From NCBI GenBank assembly GCA_963748215.1, contig CAVVHS010000009.1:32001-96000 (forward strand): a stretch of DNA of 64,000 nucleotides, given 5' to 3'. Under the pieces are notes generated by a model. The model was not told the origin of the DNA and did not search any database. It saw nothing but the letters and a program-made list of their open reading frames with translations. Origin of the DNA: an uncultured Gammaproteobacteria bacterium (lineage in GTDB: Bacteria; Pseudomonadota; Gammaproteobacteria; UBA9214). The position numbers and the translations under genes are program-made. This document shows positions 48,272 through 58,081 of this stretch, piece by piece. Positions within the stretch are counted from its first letter, which is position 1. Each line of letters opens with the position of its first letter.

Positions 48272-49498
48272 TTAGCCGAGATATTTCCGCAGGGTATCGA
48301 ACAGCAGCAGACCGAACACCAGCACCGTGCCCAGCAGGACCAGGTTCGTGGCGGGACCGTTGGAGAGCCTGCCCAGCCAGGCGCGGCGGTTGTTCATGAC
48401 CAGCAGCAGTACGCCCAGCAGGGGCATGAAGAACGCGCCGGCAACGGCGTAGACCAGCACCAGCCACACGGGTTTGCCCGCCAGCATCAGGATCATCGGT
48501 GGGACGGCGATGTACAACAGGTAGCCGCGGTAGGCGTGTGAGTGCGTACTGACGGCGCGGGGTTGTTTGTCACGCCAGTGGTATTGCTCCACGAAATCGG
48601 CAAACAGGTAGGGCACGCCCTGCCAGACGCCCAGCATGGAGCTGAATACCGCGCTCCAGAAACCGACCAGGAAGCACCACTTGCCGAACGGGCCGACTAT
48701 CTCTTCCAGTCGTGCCGCGATGGCCAGCGCCATCTCCGGCCCGGTGACGGTGTCGGGGTGCACTCCGGCGGAAATAATAATGACGGCAACGCCGAACAGG
48801 CCGGTCAGGGTGTAGGCAACGGCCAGGTCACGGCGAGAACGCACCAGGTCATCAGGCGTCGTCCAGTTCCGTTCGCGTATCCAGTAGCCATAACAGAGCA
48901 GGGTGACGCTGCCGCCTACGCCGCCGATCACACCGATGATAAACAGTATCGATCCTTGCGGTATCGAGGGTATCAGCAAGCCGCTTGCGATGCCGGCCAG
49001 GTCCGGCGCGACCCAGGCAGCACATACCAGTACCACCAGCATCATGACGGCCATGAACAGTTTCATGAGCGGCTCGAGCAGCCGATAGCTGCCGGTCAGC
49101 ACCAGCACGGCGGCCAGCAGGGAATGCACTATGCCCCAGTTTGCCACGGACAGGCCGGGATACAGGGCGTGAGCAGCCAGCCCGGTTGCGGCGATCAGTG
49201 CACCTGCGACCACGAATGTCCACAGCAGCAGGTAGATGAAAAAATAGAGGGAGACGAATTTCGGCAGTCGCTGGATCCAGCCTTCCAGCAGCGTCGTGCC
49301 GGTGGCGAGTTGCCAGCGAGCCAGCCCCTCGTTCATGGTGAATTTCATGATGGCGCCGAGGATCGCCGCCCAGAGAATCGTGGTACCGAATTTTGCGCCG
49401 GCAACCGAGGCGACCACCAGGTCGCCGGCGCCGAGGCCGGTCGCTGCGATGACGAGGCCGGGGCCGATGTCCCGCAGCCTGGAGCTGGTCTTTTTCAT
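48272..49498 (-). CDS. Nramp-family divalent metal transporter-like protein
   Basis: IGPGLVIAATGLGAGD; about 11 TM segments. Confidence 0.85.
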   Translation of the reverse strand: MKKTSSRLRDIGPGLVIAATGLGAGDLVVASVAGAKFGTTILWAAILGAIMKFTMNEGLARWQLATGTTLLEGWIQRLPKFVSLYFFIYLLLWTFVVAGALIAATGLAAHALYPGLSVANWGIVHSLLAAVLVLTGSYRLLEPLMKLFMAVMMLVVLVCAAWVAPDLAGIASGLLIPSIPQGSILFIIGVIGGVGGSVTLLCYGYWIRERNWTTPDDLVRSRRDLAVAYTLTGLFGVAVIIISAGVHPDTVTGPEMALAIAARLEEIVGPFGKWCFLVGFWSAVFSSMLGVWQGVPYLFADFVEQYHWRDKQPRAVSTHSHAYRGYLLYIAVPPMILMLAGKPVWLVLVYAVAGAFFMPLLGVLLLVMNNRRAWLGRLSNGPATNLVLLGTVLVFGLLLFDTLRKYLG

Positions 49499-49589
49499 GA
49501 TGTCCCGTTTCGGCAGATTTTCCGGCAGCCGTGATAAAGTAGCCCGGTGAAGCCGTTATGTTAACGGATTGCCGGTCGATCAAGAGCCG

Positions 49590-51935
49590 ATGAAGCTGCG
49601 CACCCAGATATCCCTCTACCTGTTCCTGTTCGGGCTGATCCCGTTGCTGGTGGCATTCGTGATCAACGTGCCGCTGATCTTCGATCGCATCGAGGCACTT
49701 TATCACAAGGCGCACCTGCAGAATCTGCGCGCTGAATTCAGCGATCTCGACCAGCACCTGGCCCGCCGTCACGAAATGGTCCGCCTGCTGGCGAAGATGC
49801 CGGAGCCGGGTATGCTGCTGTCAAGTGACGTGCGGCAAACGACGCAGGAACTGAATACCGCGCGTAAGGGCTATATCAACTGGGTGAACCAGGTACTGAT
49901 TGACCAGTTCGACGTATCCCAGGTCCTGTTTCTCGACGAGGCGGACAAGCCCATCTTCTGGCTGGATCGCAACCTCAAGAGCGGGCGGCTGGAGAGCAGG
50001 ACCGGCGATTATCCCGCAGTGAACAACCGGATGCTGGTGGCCGGCCGCGAAGTAGCGCCAGGCGTGGTGCTGAATGGCCCGATCATCTTCAACCGCACCG
50101 CGGGCCCGGTACTGCCGGAACGTTTCATGCAAATGAGCCTGGTCAGTCCTGTGGTCATACCGTTGCTGTCCGACGATGCCGGCACGCTTGAAGAGCAGCG
50201 CGGGACGGTCGTCGTCTATATCGATCTTGGTGGCCTCGCGAGCGCCTACCGCGGCAACTACTGGGTGCTGAGTGACGGGCAATACCTGCCGTCGCCCAAT
50301 GGGGAAAACCGGCCGACCACGGCGTTCGAGGATTTCCCGGGATTGCAGGCGCTGTTCGACAAGGACGAACTCGCGCTGTGGGAGTTCGGCAACCAGCAGG
50401 TGCTCTGGGTGCCGCTGTTCGAGACCGAGGACGCCGGCACCCTGTGGGTCGGGCGCAGCGTCGATCCCTCGCCGCTGGCAAAATTGCAACGTGCCGTCGA
50501 ACTGCGCATCGCCTATATCGCCATCGGACTGCTGATCGTGGTATTCATCGTCGCGCGCCTGATCGCGGTCAAGACAGAGCGCCTGGGCCGTGAACTGACC
50601 GACGGCATATCGCGCGTACTCGAGCGCAACGAGGAAGTCGGGTTTTCCTGGCGCCAGCCGCAGGAGCTGAACGAACTGGGCAACAACCTGACGCAGCTCG
50701 CCTCCACGCACGCGGCGAACACCCGCGCGATGGACAGTTATGCGCGGGAACTGGAGGAGTCGAACCGCTACAAGTCCGAATTTCTTGCCAATGTCAGTCA
50801 CGAGTTGCGCACGCCGCTGAATTCAATCCTGCTGCTGTCCAAGATGCTGGCCGAAGGCGACGTGCGTCAGCAGCTCACCGCCGAGCAGGTGCACCAGGCA
50901 AGGGTCATTCACAATGCCGGCACGGACCTGAAGGCGCTGATCGACAACATCCTCGACCTGTCGCGTATCGAGGCGCGTCACATGACGCTGATTACCGAGC
51001 CGGTCAGCCTGCGGTCGGTTATCGACAGCGTGCTCGAGCTGATGAAACCGCAGCTGGACGAAAAGCGTCTCCAGCTGGTCACGGAGTTTGATGCGCAGGC
51101 ACCCGCCTCGATAAACACCGATGGTGAAAAGCTGCGCCAGATCCTGATCAATTTTCTGTCCAACGCCGTGAAATTCACCGCGCAGGGCACGGTTACGGTG
51201 CGCCTGGCGCAGGGTCCGGAACACGACGGGGTGCGCTACCCGGTCTGTATCAGCGTTACCGATACCGGCATCGGGATCGCCGCAGACAAGCTGGAGCTGG
51301 TATTCGAGGCCTTCAGGCAGGCCGACGGCTCGACCAGCCGGCGCTTCGGCGGCACCGGCCTGGGTCTGGCTATCAGCCGCGAACTGGCCTGGCTGATGGG
51401 TGGCGACATCCTCGTGGAAAGTACGCCCGGCAGCGGTACCACTTTCAGTCTGCTGTTGCCGCTCGAGTTGCCGGCAACGCCGCGGCTGTCCAGTCAGGGG
51501 AAAATGGCCGGCAACAGTGACTCAAGGGAGTCTGTGCAGTCGATTCCCCCGGCCGATTACGGCGGTGCCCGCATCCTGCTGGTTGACGATGATGTACGCA
51601 ATCTGCTGGCGCTGACGCCGGTACTGGAACGATGGGGGCTGGAGGTGATGGCGGCAGGTGATGGCCCCGAGGCGCTGGAAACGCTGGCGACGGACGGAGA
51701 ATTCAGCCTGGTCTTTATGGATATAATGATGCCGGGTATGGATGGGTACGAAACCATCAGGCGGATCAGGCAGCAGGAGCGGTTTGCGGATATACCGGTG
51801 ATCGCGCTGACAGCCAGGTCCACTAAAGAGGACGGGCACCAGTGCCAGGAGGCGGGCGCAAGTGACTGCATCGTCAAGCCGGTCGATCTGAAAATCCTGA
51901 AGAACATGCTGGACAAGTACCTGCCCGGCGGCTGA
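49590..51935 (+). CDS. hybrid sensor histidine kinase/response regulator
   Basis: FLANVSHELRTPL, NAVKFT, GGTGLGL and C-terminal REC domain. Confidence 0.93.
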   Translation: MKLRTQISLYLFLFGLIPLLVAFVINVPLIFDRIEALYHKAHLQNLRAEFSDLDQHLARRHEMVRLLAKMPEPGMLLSSDVRQTTQELNTARKGYINWVNQVLIDQFDVSQVLFLDEADKPIFWLDRNLKSGRLESRTGDYPAVNNRMLVAGREVAPGVVLNGPIIFNRTAGPVLPERFMQMSLVSPVVIPLLSDDAGTLEEQRGTVVVYIDLGGLASAYRGNYWVLSDGQYLPSPNGENRPTTAFEDFPGLQALFDKDELALWEFGNQQVLWVPLFETEDAGTLWVGRSVDPSPLAKLQRAVELRIAYIAIGLLIVVFIVARLIAVKTERLGRELTDGISRVLERNEEVGFSWRQPQELNELGNNLTQLASTHAANTRAMDSYARELEESNRYKSEFLANVSHELRTPLNSILLLSKMLAEGDVRQQLTAEQVHQARVIHNAGTDLKALIDNILDLSRIEARHMTLITEPVSLRSVIDSVLELMKPQLDEKRLQLVTEFDAQAPASINTDGEKLRQILINFLSNAVKFTAQGTVTVRLAQGPEHDGVRYPVCISVTDTGIGIAADKLELVFEAFRQADGSTSRRFGGTGLGLAISRELAWLMGGDILVESTPGSGTTFSLLLPLELPATPRLSSQGKMAGNSDSRESVQSIPPADYGGARILLVDDDVRNLLALTPVLERWGLEVMAAGDGPEALETLATDGEFSLVFMDIMMPGMDGYETIRRIRQQERFADIPVIALTARSTKEDGHQCQEAGASDCIVKPVDLKILKNMLDKYLPGG

Positions 51936-51959
51936 ACGAATATTACTGCGAGGAAACGG

Positions 51960-52811
51960 ATGACAGACAGGAACCGTTATGCTGACTTCAGGATTCTGAT
52001 TGTCGATGACAATGAGAACAACCTGTTTGCGCTGCGTTCCCTGATAGCCAGGCACATGGACGTCGAGGTGCTCGAGGCGGGCTCCGGGCAGGCAGCGCTC
52101 GATATCGCGCTCAGCAACCCGCGCATCGACCTCATCGTGCTCGATGTGCAGATGCCGGAAATGGACGGCTTCCAGACTGCGTCCATGCTGAAGGTACGGC
52201 AGAAGACGCGTGATATCCCGATCATCTTTCTCACTGCAGCCTACAAGACAGACGAGTTCCAGCAGAAGGGCTACGATGTCGGCGCCGCCGACTACCTGCT
52301 CAAGCCGATCGATGATAACCAGCTGATCAACAAGATCAGCACCTATCTGCGCCTGATCGAGAAAGAGCGGGAGCTCAACACCCGGCTGGAAGCGCTCGTG
52401 GCGGAGCGCACCCGCGAACTCGATCTCGCCAAGACCTATCTCGAGAAAATTATCAGCAACATGGGTGAGGCCCTGCTGGTGCTGGAGCCGGGCGGACACA
52501 TTACCGCCGTCAATCCAACTGCCTGCCGGCTGCTGGGCTACCCGGAGGAAGACCTGATCGGCATGTCTATCGGCGACGTTTTCGAGGAGGAGGAAACCGA
52601 GCAGGCCAATGCCTTCATGGGTACCTGGCTGGAGGCGCTGATCCGTACCGGCACCATCAGCAGTATCGAGGCAAGCTTCGTGGCCAGTGACCAGAGGCGC
52701 GTGCCGATCCTGTTCTCGAGAACTGCAATCAAGGACGATTCAGGTAAAATTACCGACATCATCTGCATTGCAAAAGACATGACGGGGTATACTCGCGCCG
52801 CGAGCAGCTGA
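51960..52811 (+). CDS. response regulator with PAS domain
   Basis: ILIVDD and DVQMP motifs; C-terminal PAS. Confidence 0.9.
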   Translation: MTDRNRYADFRILIVDDNENNLFALRSLIARHMDVEVLEAGSGQAALDIALSNPRIDLIVLDVQMPEMDGFQTASMLKVRQKTRDIPIIFLTAAYKTDEFQQKGYDVGAADYLLKPIDDNQLINKISTYLRLIEKERELNTRLEALVAERTRELDLAKTYLEKIISNMGEALLVLEPGGHITAVNPTACRLLGYPEEDLIGMSIGDVFEEEETEQANAFMGTWLEALIRTGTISSIEASFVASDQRRVPILFSRTAIKDDSGKITDIICIAKDMTGYTRAASS

Positions 52812-52899
52812 AGAAGACATTGACGGGATTTGACCGGATGCGGCTTGCAACCGGTCCCGCAGCGCGTACACTTTGCAGCCTGTATTACAGGAGTTTTCG

Positions 52900-53229
52900 A
52901 TGGAAGAGTCTGAAAATAAGTTGCCGGAAGAGGATATCGTGCTGACGGCCGAGGCCCTCAAGGCAATGGGCCACCCCCTGCGCTGGAAGATTCTGTGTAC
53001 GCTGGGTAACAAGGAAATGTCAGTAGGCGAAATTGTGGAGAAAATCGGTACCTCGCAAAGCAACGTTTCGCAGCACCTGGATCAGCTGCGCAACAAGAAC
53101 ATCGTCCGTTCGCGGCGTGACGCCAACCGCATCTATTATTCGGTCAGTAACGAGAAACTGCTGGATCTGATCAGCACCATGCGTGGTGTATTGTGCCAGA
53201 CGAATCTGACTGATACCCCGCCGGCGTAG
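52900..53229 (+). CDS. ArsR-family repressor of BigR/SqrR type
   Basis: LKAMGHPLRWKILC, SQSNVSQHL and C-terminal VLC. Confidence 0.88.
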   Translation: MEESENKLPEEDIVLTAEALKAMGHPLRWKILCTLGNKEMSVGEIVEKIGTSQSNVSQHLDQLRNKNIVRSRRDANRIYYSVSNEKLLDLISTMRGVLCQTNLTDTPPA

Positions 53230-53350
53230 CGCCTGGCACCACGATCGATGGCCCGACCGGCCTGCGTGATAAATACCGACAACAGGTCATTGCAACAGAC
53301 GGCCGCGATGCCGTGGTCTCAATGTAAACCTGTCAAATTCCGGATGGCAT

Positions 53351-53387
53351 AAAAAAACGGGGGTGGCTCTTGCGAGCCACCCCCGTT
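53351..53387 (-). terminator. intrinsic terminator of the sgp gene
   Basis: 14-bp stem AACGGGGGTGGCTC/GAGCCACCCCCGTT with a T-run on the minus strand. Confidence 0.85.
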
Positions 53388-53413
53388 CTGCTTTGCTGGT
53401 CTGTCAGACCGAC

Positions 53414-53758
53414 TTACTTGGCAGCCGGAGCAGCAGCCGGGGCAACCGGAGCGACCGGGGCGTAACCATAAGGCGCGCCACCGTAAGGGGCACCGCCGTA
53501 AGGGGCGCCGTAAGGGGCATATCCGTAAGGGCCGTAACCGCTGTTGTAGCTATTGTAGCCGCGGCCATAACCACGACCACTGCCGTGACCGCTGAAGTTC
53601 ATGTTGAAGCCGCCGTCGAAGTCGCCGTCGCCCCAACCGTCACCGTAGCCGTCGTTGTAGCCGTTGTTGCCGAAAGGACCCCAACCACCCCATGCAGAAG
53701 CGGCGGTGGAAGCGATTGCCAGCGTAGCGGCAGTAATCACGGTTGCGATAGTTTTCAT
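53414..53758 (-). CDS. sulfur globule envelope protein (SgpA/B-like)
   Basis: Signal peptide ending ASA|W; [17 protein letters not shown]; Gly/Tyr/Pro repeats; AGGAG RBS. Confidence 0.85.
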   Translation of the reverse strand: MKTIATVITAATLAIASTAASAWGGWGPFGNNGYNDGYGDGWGDGDFDGGFNMNFSGHGSGRGYGRGYNSYNSGYGPYGYAPYGAPYGGAPYGGAPYGYAPVAPVAPAAAPAAK

Positions 53759-53832
53759 ATTGTTTCTCCTGGAAAAATTCTCATTAAAGTGTGTTGAAAG
53801 ATTGTTTGTCTGCGAGGACGGAGAAGATAATA

Positions 53833-53846
53833 TAAGCATATGCTTA
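53833..53846. promoter_or_regulatory. perfect palindrome upstream of sgp (candidate operator)
   Basis: TAAGCATATGCTTA in an AT-rich intergenic region. Confidence 0.5.
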
Positions 53847-54090
53847 AATAAGCAAGCACTAATTTAAATGAAATTTGAAATTCCCGAGGGAAACCGACTA
53901 ATTATTCGCATTAACAACGACATATATAATTTGTTACTGACGGACCACCATAAAAAAGACTGATTTTTGACGCAAAAGCAGGTATTTTCAGAATGGATGA
54001 AGACAAAAATCAGCCGGCAGCACTGCCCTTGGGCTGGCGAGGTATTCGGAAGAGGCGTCGCCCGGACTGATGCGGGCGCATATCAGAGAC

Positions 54091-54510
54091 ATGGATAACA
54101 AGTCACGTTTGTTGCTTTCGATCATCGAACTGGGGGGCTATCCGAATTTCACGCCACTGTATGAGTCGCTCGGCTACAGGGTGGTTACGGAGACACGCAT
54201 GCGCAAGGCAATCGGCTTCCTGAAGCAGCATACGCCCGATGTCATCGTGGCCGAGTTCAACTTTCAGTCGGATTTTCGCGATCGTTCCAGCAGTCTCGAG
54301 TCGCTGCTCGCCGTCGTCCAGCGCCTGTCCGATACGCAGGTGATCGTATTTTACGAACAGGAGTTTGCGCTGCAATTTGCAAAGCTGTGCGCACGCTTGC
54401 CGGTCCATTTCGGGCTTGCTTTTCCTGTCGAGGAGGCGCAGTTGCGCAGCGTGCTTGAAGGGATTGGGGGAGGGGCTGGCGATATCGGGTCGCGGGCCGG
54501 ACAGCATTGA
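54091..54510 (+). CDS. receiver-like hypothetical protein
   Basis: RKAI..LKQHTPDVIVAEF resembles a degenerate REC fold. Confidence 0.7.
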   Translation: MDNKSRLLLSIIELGGYPNFTPLYESLGYRVVTETRMRKAIGFLKQHTPDVIVAEFNFQSDFRDRSSSLESLLAVVQRLSDTQVIVFYEQEFALQFAKLCARLPVHFGLAFPVEEAQLRSVLEGIGGGAGDIGSRAGQH

Positions 54511-54615
54511 TTGTGATTGCAGGCCGTGTTTCACGGCGCCGGGTATGATATTGATATTAAATTAATTCGAAACAGACCAGTTTCCAGGAGAGTACCAGTG
54601 ATTAAACAACCATTA

Positions 54616-55287
54616 ATGAACAGAATATCGGGTTTGCTCGCTGTCAGCGCGCTGCTGTTCATGTCAGCCGGGTTGTCCGCCGCTGACCTGCGGGTACGTG
54701 TGTTTGAGCGGGGCGCCAACGTGCCATTGCCTGGTGTTGCGGTATGCCTGGGTACCAGCGCGAGGCTGGACCAGTTCGGTGCAACCAGGACCGATGCCAA
54801 GGGCTATGCTGTGTTCGAATCCGTGCCTGGCGCCCGCTTGATGGTAACGGCGTCGATGGCGGGATTCATGTCAGAGCAGGAAACGCTGGTTACCTCCAGC
54901 ACCAGCAGGATGCTCGTACTGTCATTGTCGGCTGGCGGTGGCGGAACGCGTTGCATACCCGACGATGCGGAAACCAGCCAGTCCATGGCGGGTTTGCAGA
55001 TCATTCGCTTTGTCCTCAATAAGGGGGCGGCTGTTGCGACCAGCCGTGGCGTGACGCTCGATGGTGCTGTTTCCGGTGCGCCGACCCAGTACCGGGCGAG
55101 CGAGCAGGCGGATTTCGGCGATGCCGAATGGCTGGATTACAAGGCTTCACCCGGTTTCATGCTCAGCTCCGGCGAGGGTAAGAAGACTGTTTATTACCAG
55201 GTGCGCAGGCACTCGACACTGGGCGGCGCAGTCCTGGAGACCGTATCACCGACATCGATCGACAGCATCATTCTTCAGGGTCACTGA
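54616..55287 (+). CDS. exported protein with carboxypeptidase-regulatory-like domain
   Basis: Signal peptide; PLPGVAV...RTDAKG. Confidence 0.7.
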   Translation: MNRISGLLAVSALLFMSAGLSAADLRVRVFERGANVPLPGVAVCLGTSARLDQFGATRTDAKGYAVFESVPGARLMVTASMAGFMSEQETLVTSSTSRMLVLSLSAGGGGTRCIPDDAETSQSMAGLQIIRFVLNKGAAVATSRGVTLDGAVSGAPTQYRASEQADFGDAEWLDYKASPGFMLSSGEGKKTVYYQVRRHSTLGGAVLETVSPTSIDSIILQGH

Positions 55288-55320
55288 ATCGGCGGCCGCT
55301 TGCGGCCGGGCGGAAACCTG

Positions 55321-55788
55321 TCAGTTATCCTCGTGCCTGTGCGGGTGTTTTTTCCGGCCCTCGAATTTCACGATGCCCTGCACGATGACGTCGAAGGGCA
55401 GATCCTCGAGGCTACCATGGCGCTGCAAGGCGTTATCGATGGTGGTGATGATGTCATCGACACCGGCCTGATCCTTTTTTTCGGGATAAACAAGCCCCTG
55501 CAAGCCGAGCAAGCCGCCGGTCTGAACCCGGATCTCCTTGGCGTGCGGTAGCGGACCCTGGACAGTCGTCAGGTGCAGGGCAAACCGTGCATTATTGCGC
55601 ATGAGCTGCAGCAGTACCGAGCACAGTGCATTGCCCGCAGCGGATTTGCAGGCGATGCCTTCGCGATCTGCAAGATGAAAGCGGTGAGACTTGCTGCAAG
55701 TGCAGCGCCGTGAGTTGATGGATTTTTCGAACACGCAGCGTCGTTCATTGACGGTGTTGTAGGTATCCTTGTATTCCTTTTCTTCCAT
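55321..55788 (-). CDS. conserved Cys-containing hypothetical protein
   Basis: 155 aa; CVFEKSI and LPHAK motifs. Confidence 0.75.
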   Translation of the reverse strand: MEEKEYKDTYNTVNERRCVFEKSINSRRCTCSKSHRFHLADREGIACKSAAGNALCSVLLQLMRNNARFALHLTTVQGPLPHAKEIRVQTGGLLGLQGLVYPEKKDQAGVDDIITTIDNALQRHGSLEDLPFDVIVQGIVKFEGRKKHPHRHEDN

Positions 55789-55809
55789 ACCGCGAGACTC
55801 GTTGTGCGA

Positions 55810-56049
55810 CTATTTTTCCCATTCCCTGGCGATGGGTTCATCCCTGTGTTCAATCAGACTCTTTTCCGCTTCGGGCTGGTCGGCGGCAAAGATGATCTTG
55901 TAGATCTGGTTGTCTGCCAGGGGAGCTTCCGCACGTAGTCGCTTCACTTCTGTTTTGGCAGTTTTGAAACTGTCGTATTCGCTGACATGCTCGAGTGATT
56001 TTGAATTATTCGATTCCTGGGTAGTGACGATGTAAATGTAGTAAGGCAT
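55810..56049 (-). CDS. hypothetical protein
   Basis: 79 aa; GGAG RBS. Confidence 0.7.
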   Translation of the reverse strand: MPYYIYIVTTQESNNSKSLEHVSEYDSFKTAKTEVKRLRAEAPLADNQIYKIIFAADQPEAEKSLIEHRDEPIAREWEK

Positions 56050-56107
56050 GTGCGGCTCCCTGAACGGTATATTGCCACCGGATTATAGCAGTACGTGTCG
56101 GGCGGTA

Positions 56108-56485
56108 TTATTCCTGCCCGGCACCGAATTCGTGCCGGCCGGTATGCAGTCGCTTGTATTGTCTTACCATGATGATGGTTTTCATCAGGGCGGGCATGTC
56201 GATATTCTTCAGTCCCAGGCCGATGACGATCCGGCGCCGGATGTCGCCTGTCCTGGCGATATCGATAAATTGCCGTTGCACCGCTGGTTTGTTTTCCTGT
56301 GCCTGGCGTGCGTTGTAGCAGGTCAGGGTCATGACAGTAGCATCCCATATTACCTCTGCACTCTTAAACGTTCCCAGGAAGCGAATCCTTGCGCAATCGT
56401 TCGAAGGTGTGTTGCTGTAGATGAAATCCTGACCGCTGTGGGCGAGCGCGGACCTGAATTCCGCGATCGTGACCGGTTCATGCAT
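56108..56485 (-). CDS. hypothetical protein
   Basis: 125 aa; overlaps the upstream gene. Confidence 0.7.
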   Translation of the reverse strand: MHEPVTIAEFRSALAHSGQDFIYSNTPSNDCARIRFLGTFKSAEVIWDATVMTLTCYNARQAQENKPAVQRQFIDIARTGDIRRRIVIGLGLKNIDMPALMKTIIMVRQYKRLHTGRHEFGAGQE

Positions 56486-56774
56486 CGAGCAACACCGCTA
56501 CAACCCGGACATTTCTCATGATGATACAACCGGTACGCCGGTCGATACCGTTGTCGCTGTAGTCAAAGGTATAGGTACGTTGCAGGACAGGCCCCTCGCT
56601 GCGAGACCAGGCCGGTCTGAGAGACTGCAGTGCTGCGGTACCATCCAGGAACTGTACGTCCTGTTTTCGGCAGGTGTCTATGGCGGTAGCTATCGCCTTG
56701 TCACGGCTGCTTTGGCTGATGTGCCAGAGCCAGACTAATGCGAGCAAGGCCAGGATTACGCTCAGGGTGTACAT
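56478..56774 (-). CDS. DUF3301-like protein
   Basis: N-terminal TM; C...VQFLDGT; YTFDYS..G..RRTG. Confidence 0.8.
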   Translation of the reverse strand: MYTLSVILALLALVWLWHISQSSRDKAIATAIDTCRKQDVQFLDGTAALQSLRPAWSRSEGPVLQRTYTFDYSDNGIDRRTGCIIMRNVRVVAVLLDA

Positions 56775-56913
56775 GGCAAACCGGGCATGGAGGATGCAAC
56801 GAGAATACAGTGTTGTCCGGAGGAAGAACAGCGAGCCTGCGCGCCGTTCGACGCCGGTACGCAGGGAAACGTTGCAATGCGTGCCGTCCGCGGTCTTGCG
56901 GGCAATCGCGGGT

Positions 56914-57645
56914 TCAGGCCCTGACCGAAAGGAACGTGCCGGAGCGCTCGTGAAAGCGCAAGGTCAGAAACTCCACGCCTGCTATAAACAGTTCGCCGGT
57001 CATGCCGCGGTTGCAGAATGTTACGCGGCCGGTTGCCGTCAGCGCCGCGCAGCTGATGCGGATTACCTGGTTTTCGTGCAGCGGCAGGATGCTTTGCAGC
57101 TGCATGCCGTTCGGGGACAGGTCGCGAACCATGCCGGGCTGGCCATCTCCTTCGGTTGTCAGGTGGATGGTTACGGCCTCGCGGTGACAGATGCGCTCGA
57201 TGGCGCGCTTTGAAGTATCGGCAAGTCGCAAGGCATTGGCGACTTCCAGCGGGGCGTTGCAGCCCGCGCAATTTCCAGGGCCGGCATAGCTGGATGCGGC
57301 GGGTTTTGGCGTCCTGCAGAACGGGCAGCAGGATGGATCTGCCACGAAGTGGCTGTCGAACGGATGGCCGGCAGCAGCTGCGGGTTCGCTCCCGTGGCGG
57401 GGTTTCGCGGATTTCCTGATTTTGCCGCGATCACCGGAATATTCCCTGTCGTAGGCGCGGCGCCTGCCCGGATCGGAGAGCACCTGGTAGGCCTCGTTAA
57501 GCAGACTGGCGTTCCACTCGTCACCGCCCAGGTCAGGATGCATCCTGAGTTTTTGCATCTGGGTGCGGTAGCTGGCCTTGATAATGGCCACCGGCGCATC
57601 CGGCTGGATATGCAGAATGCGATAGTAGTTGCGGCGATTTTCCAT
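56914..57645 (-). CDS. DnaJ-domain protein with Cys cluster and C-terminal PilZ domain
   Basis: NYYRIL, HPD and EAYQVLSDP; CPFC/CAGC; KRAIER...DLSPNG. Confidence 0.88.
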   Translation of the reverse strand: MENRRNYYRILHIQPDAPVAIIKASYRTQMQKLRMHPDLGGDEWNASLLNEAYQVLSDPGRRRAYDREYSGDRGKIRKSAKPRHGSEPAAAAGHPFDSHFVADPSCCPFCRTPKPAASSYAGPGNCAGCNAPLEVANALRLADTSKRAIERICHREAVTIHLTTEGDGQPGMVRDLSPNGMQLQSILPLHENQVIRISCAALTATGRVTFCNRGMTGELFIAGVEFLTLRFHERSGTFLSVRA

Positions 57646-57942
57646 AGGCTGCTGATCCTCTCCGGCAATCGGTACCGGGGCTGTCCGACAACTATCGTGC
57701 GCCTGCGAACTTTATTGAACCGGGGCTGGCTGCCCGACGCGGGTCAGCGGCGAATTGTGGCCGCCAAAAAATTGGCCTATATTTTGCGCAGTGAGCGTGT
57801 TTTGTGTCAGGCGACGTGCAACGGAAGTTGTTGGCATGTCTGGCTGATCTCATGTAACCATATGTAATACATATTAAATAATACTGACTGGTACCGACGC
57901 ACGGACCGTGCCAGGTATTCTGGCGGACATGACGTAATTGAC

Positions 57943-57969
57943 TAAAGAATCCCCGTCTCGTGACGTTAA
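57943..57969 (+). promoter_or_regulatory. sigma-28 promoter of fliC
   Basis: TAAA-N15-GACGTTAA. Confidence 0.65.
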
Positions 57970-58081
57970 ACCAGTCGGAGGCGGTGAATATCACACGGTA
58001 GTGATATATCCGCCAAATACAAACTGGGTCCAGGGAAGGGCACCAAAACCAGTTCTTGCCTGGACAATAAGGAGATTCACC

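Noticed and set aside
53455-53540. Short tandem repeats CCGTAAGGGGC
   Set aside because: Explained by the GAPYG repeats of the sulfur globule protein
57831-57848. Sigma-54 site upstream of fliC (TTGGCATG...)
   Set aside because: GG-N10-GC spacing is not met
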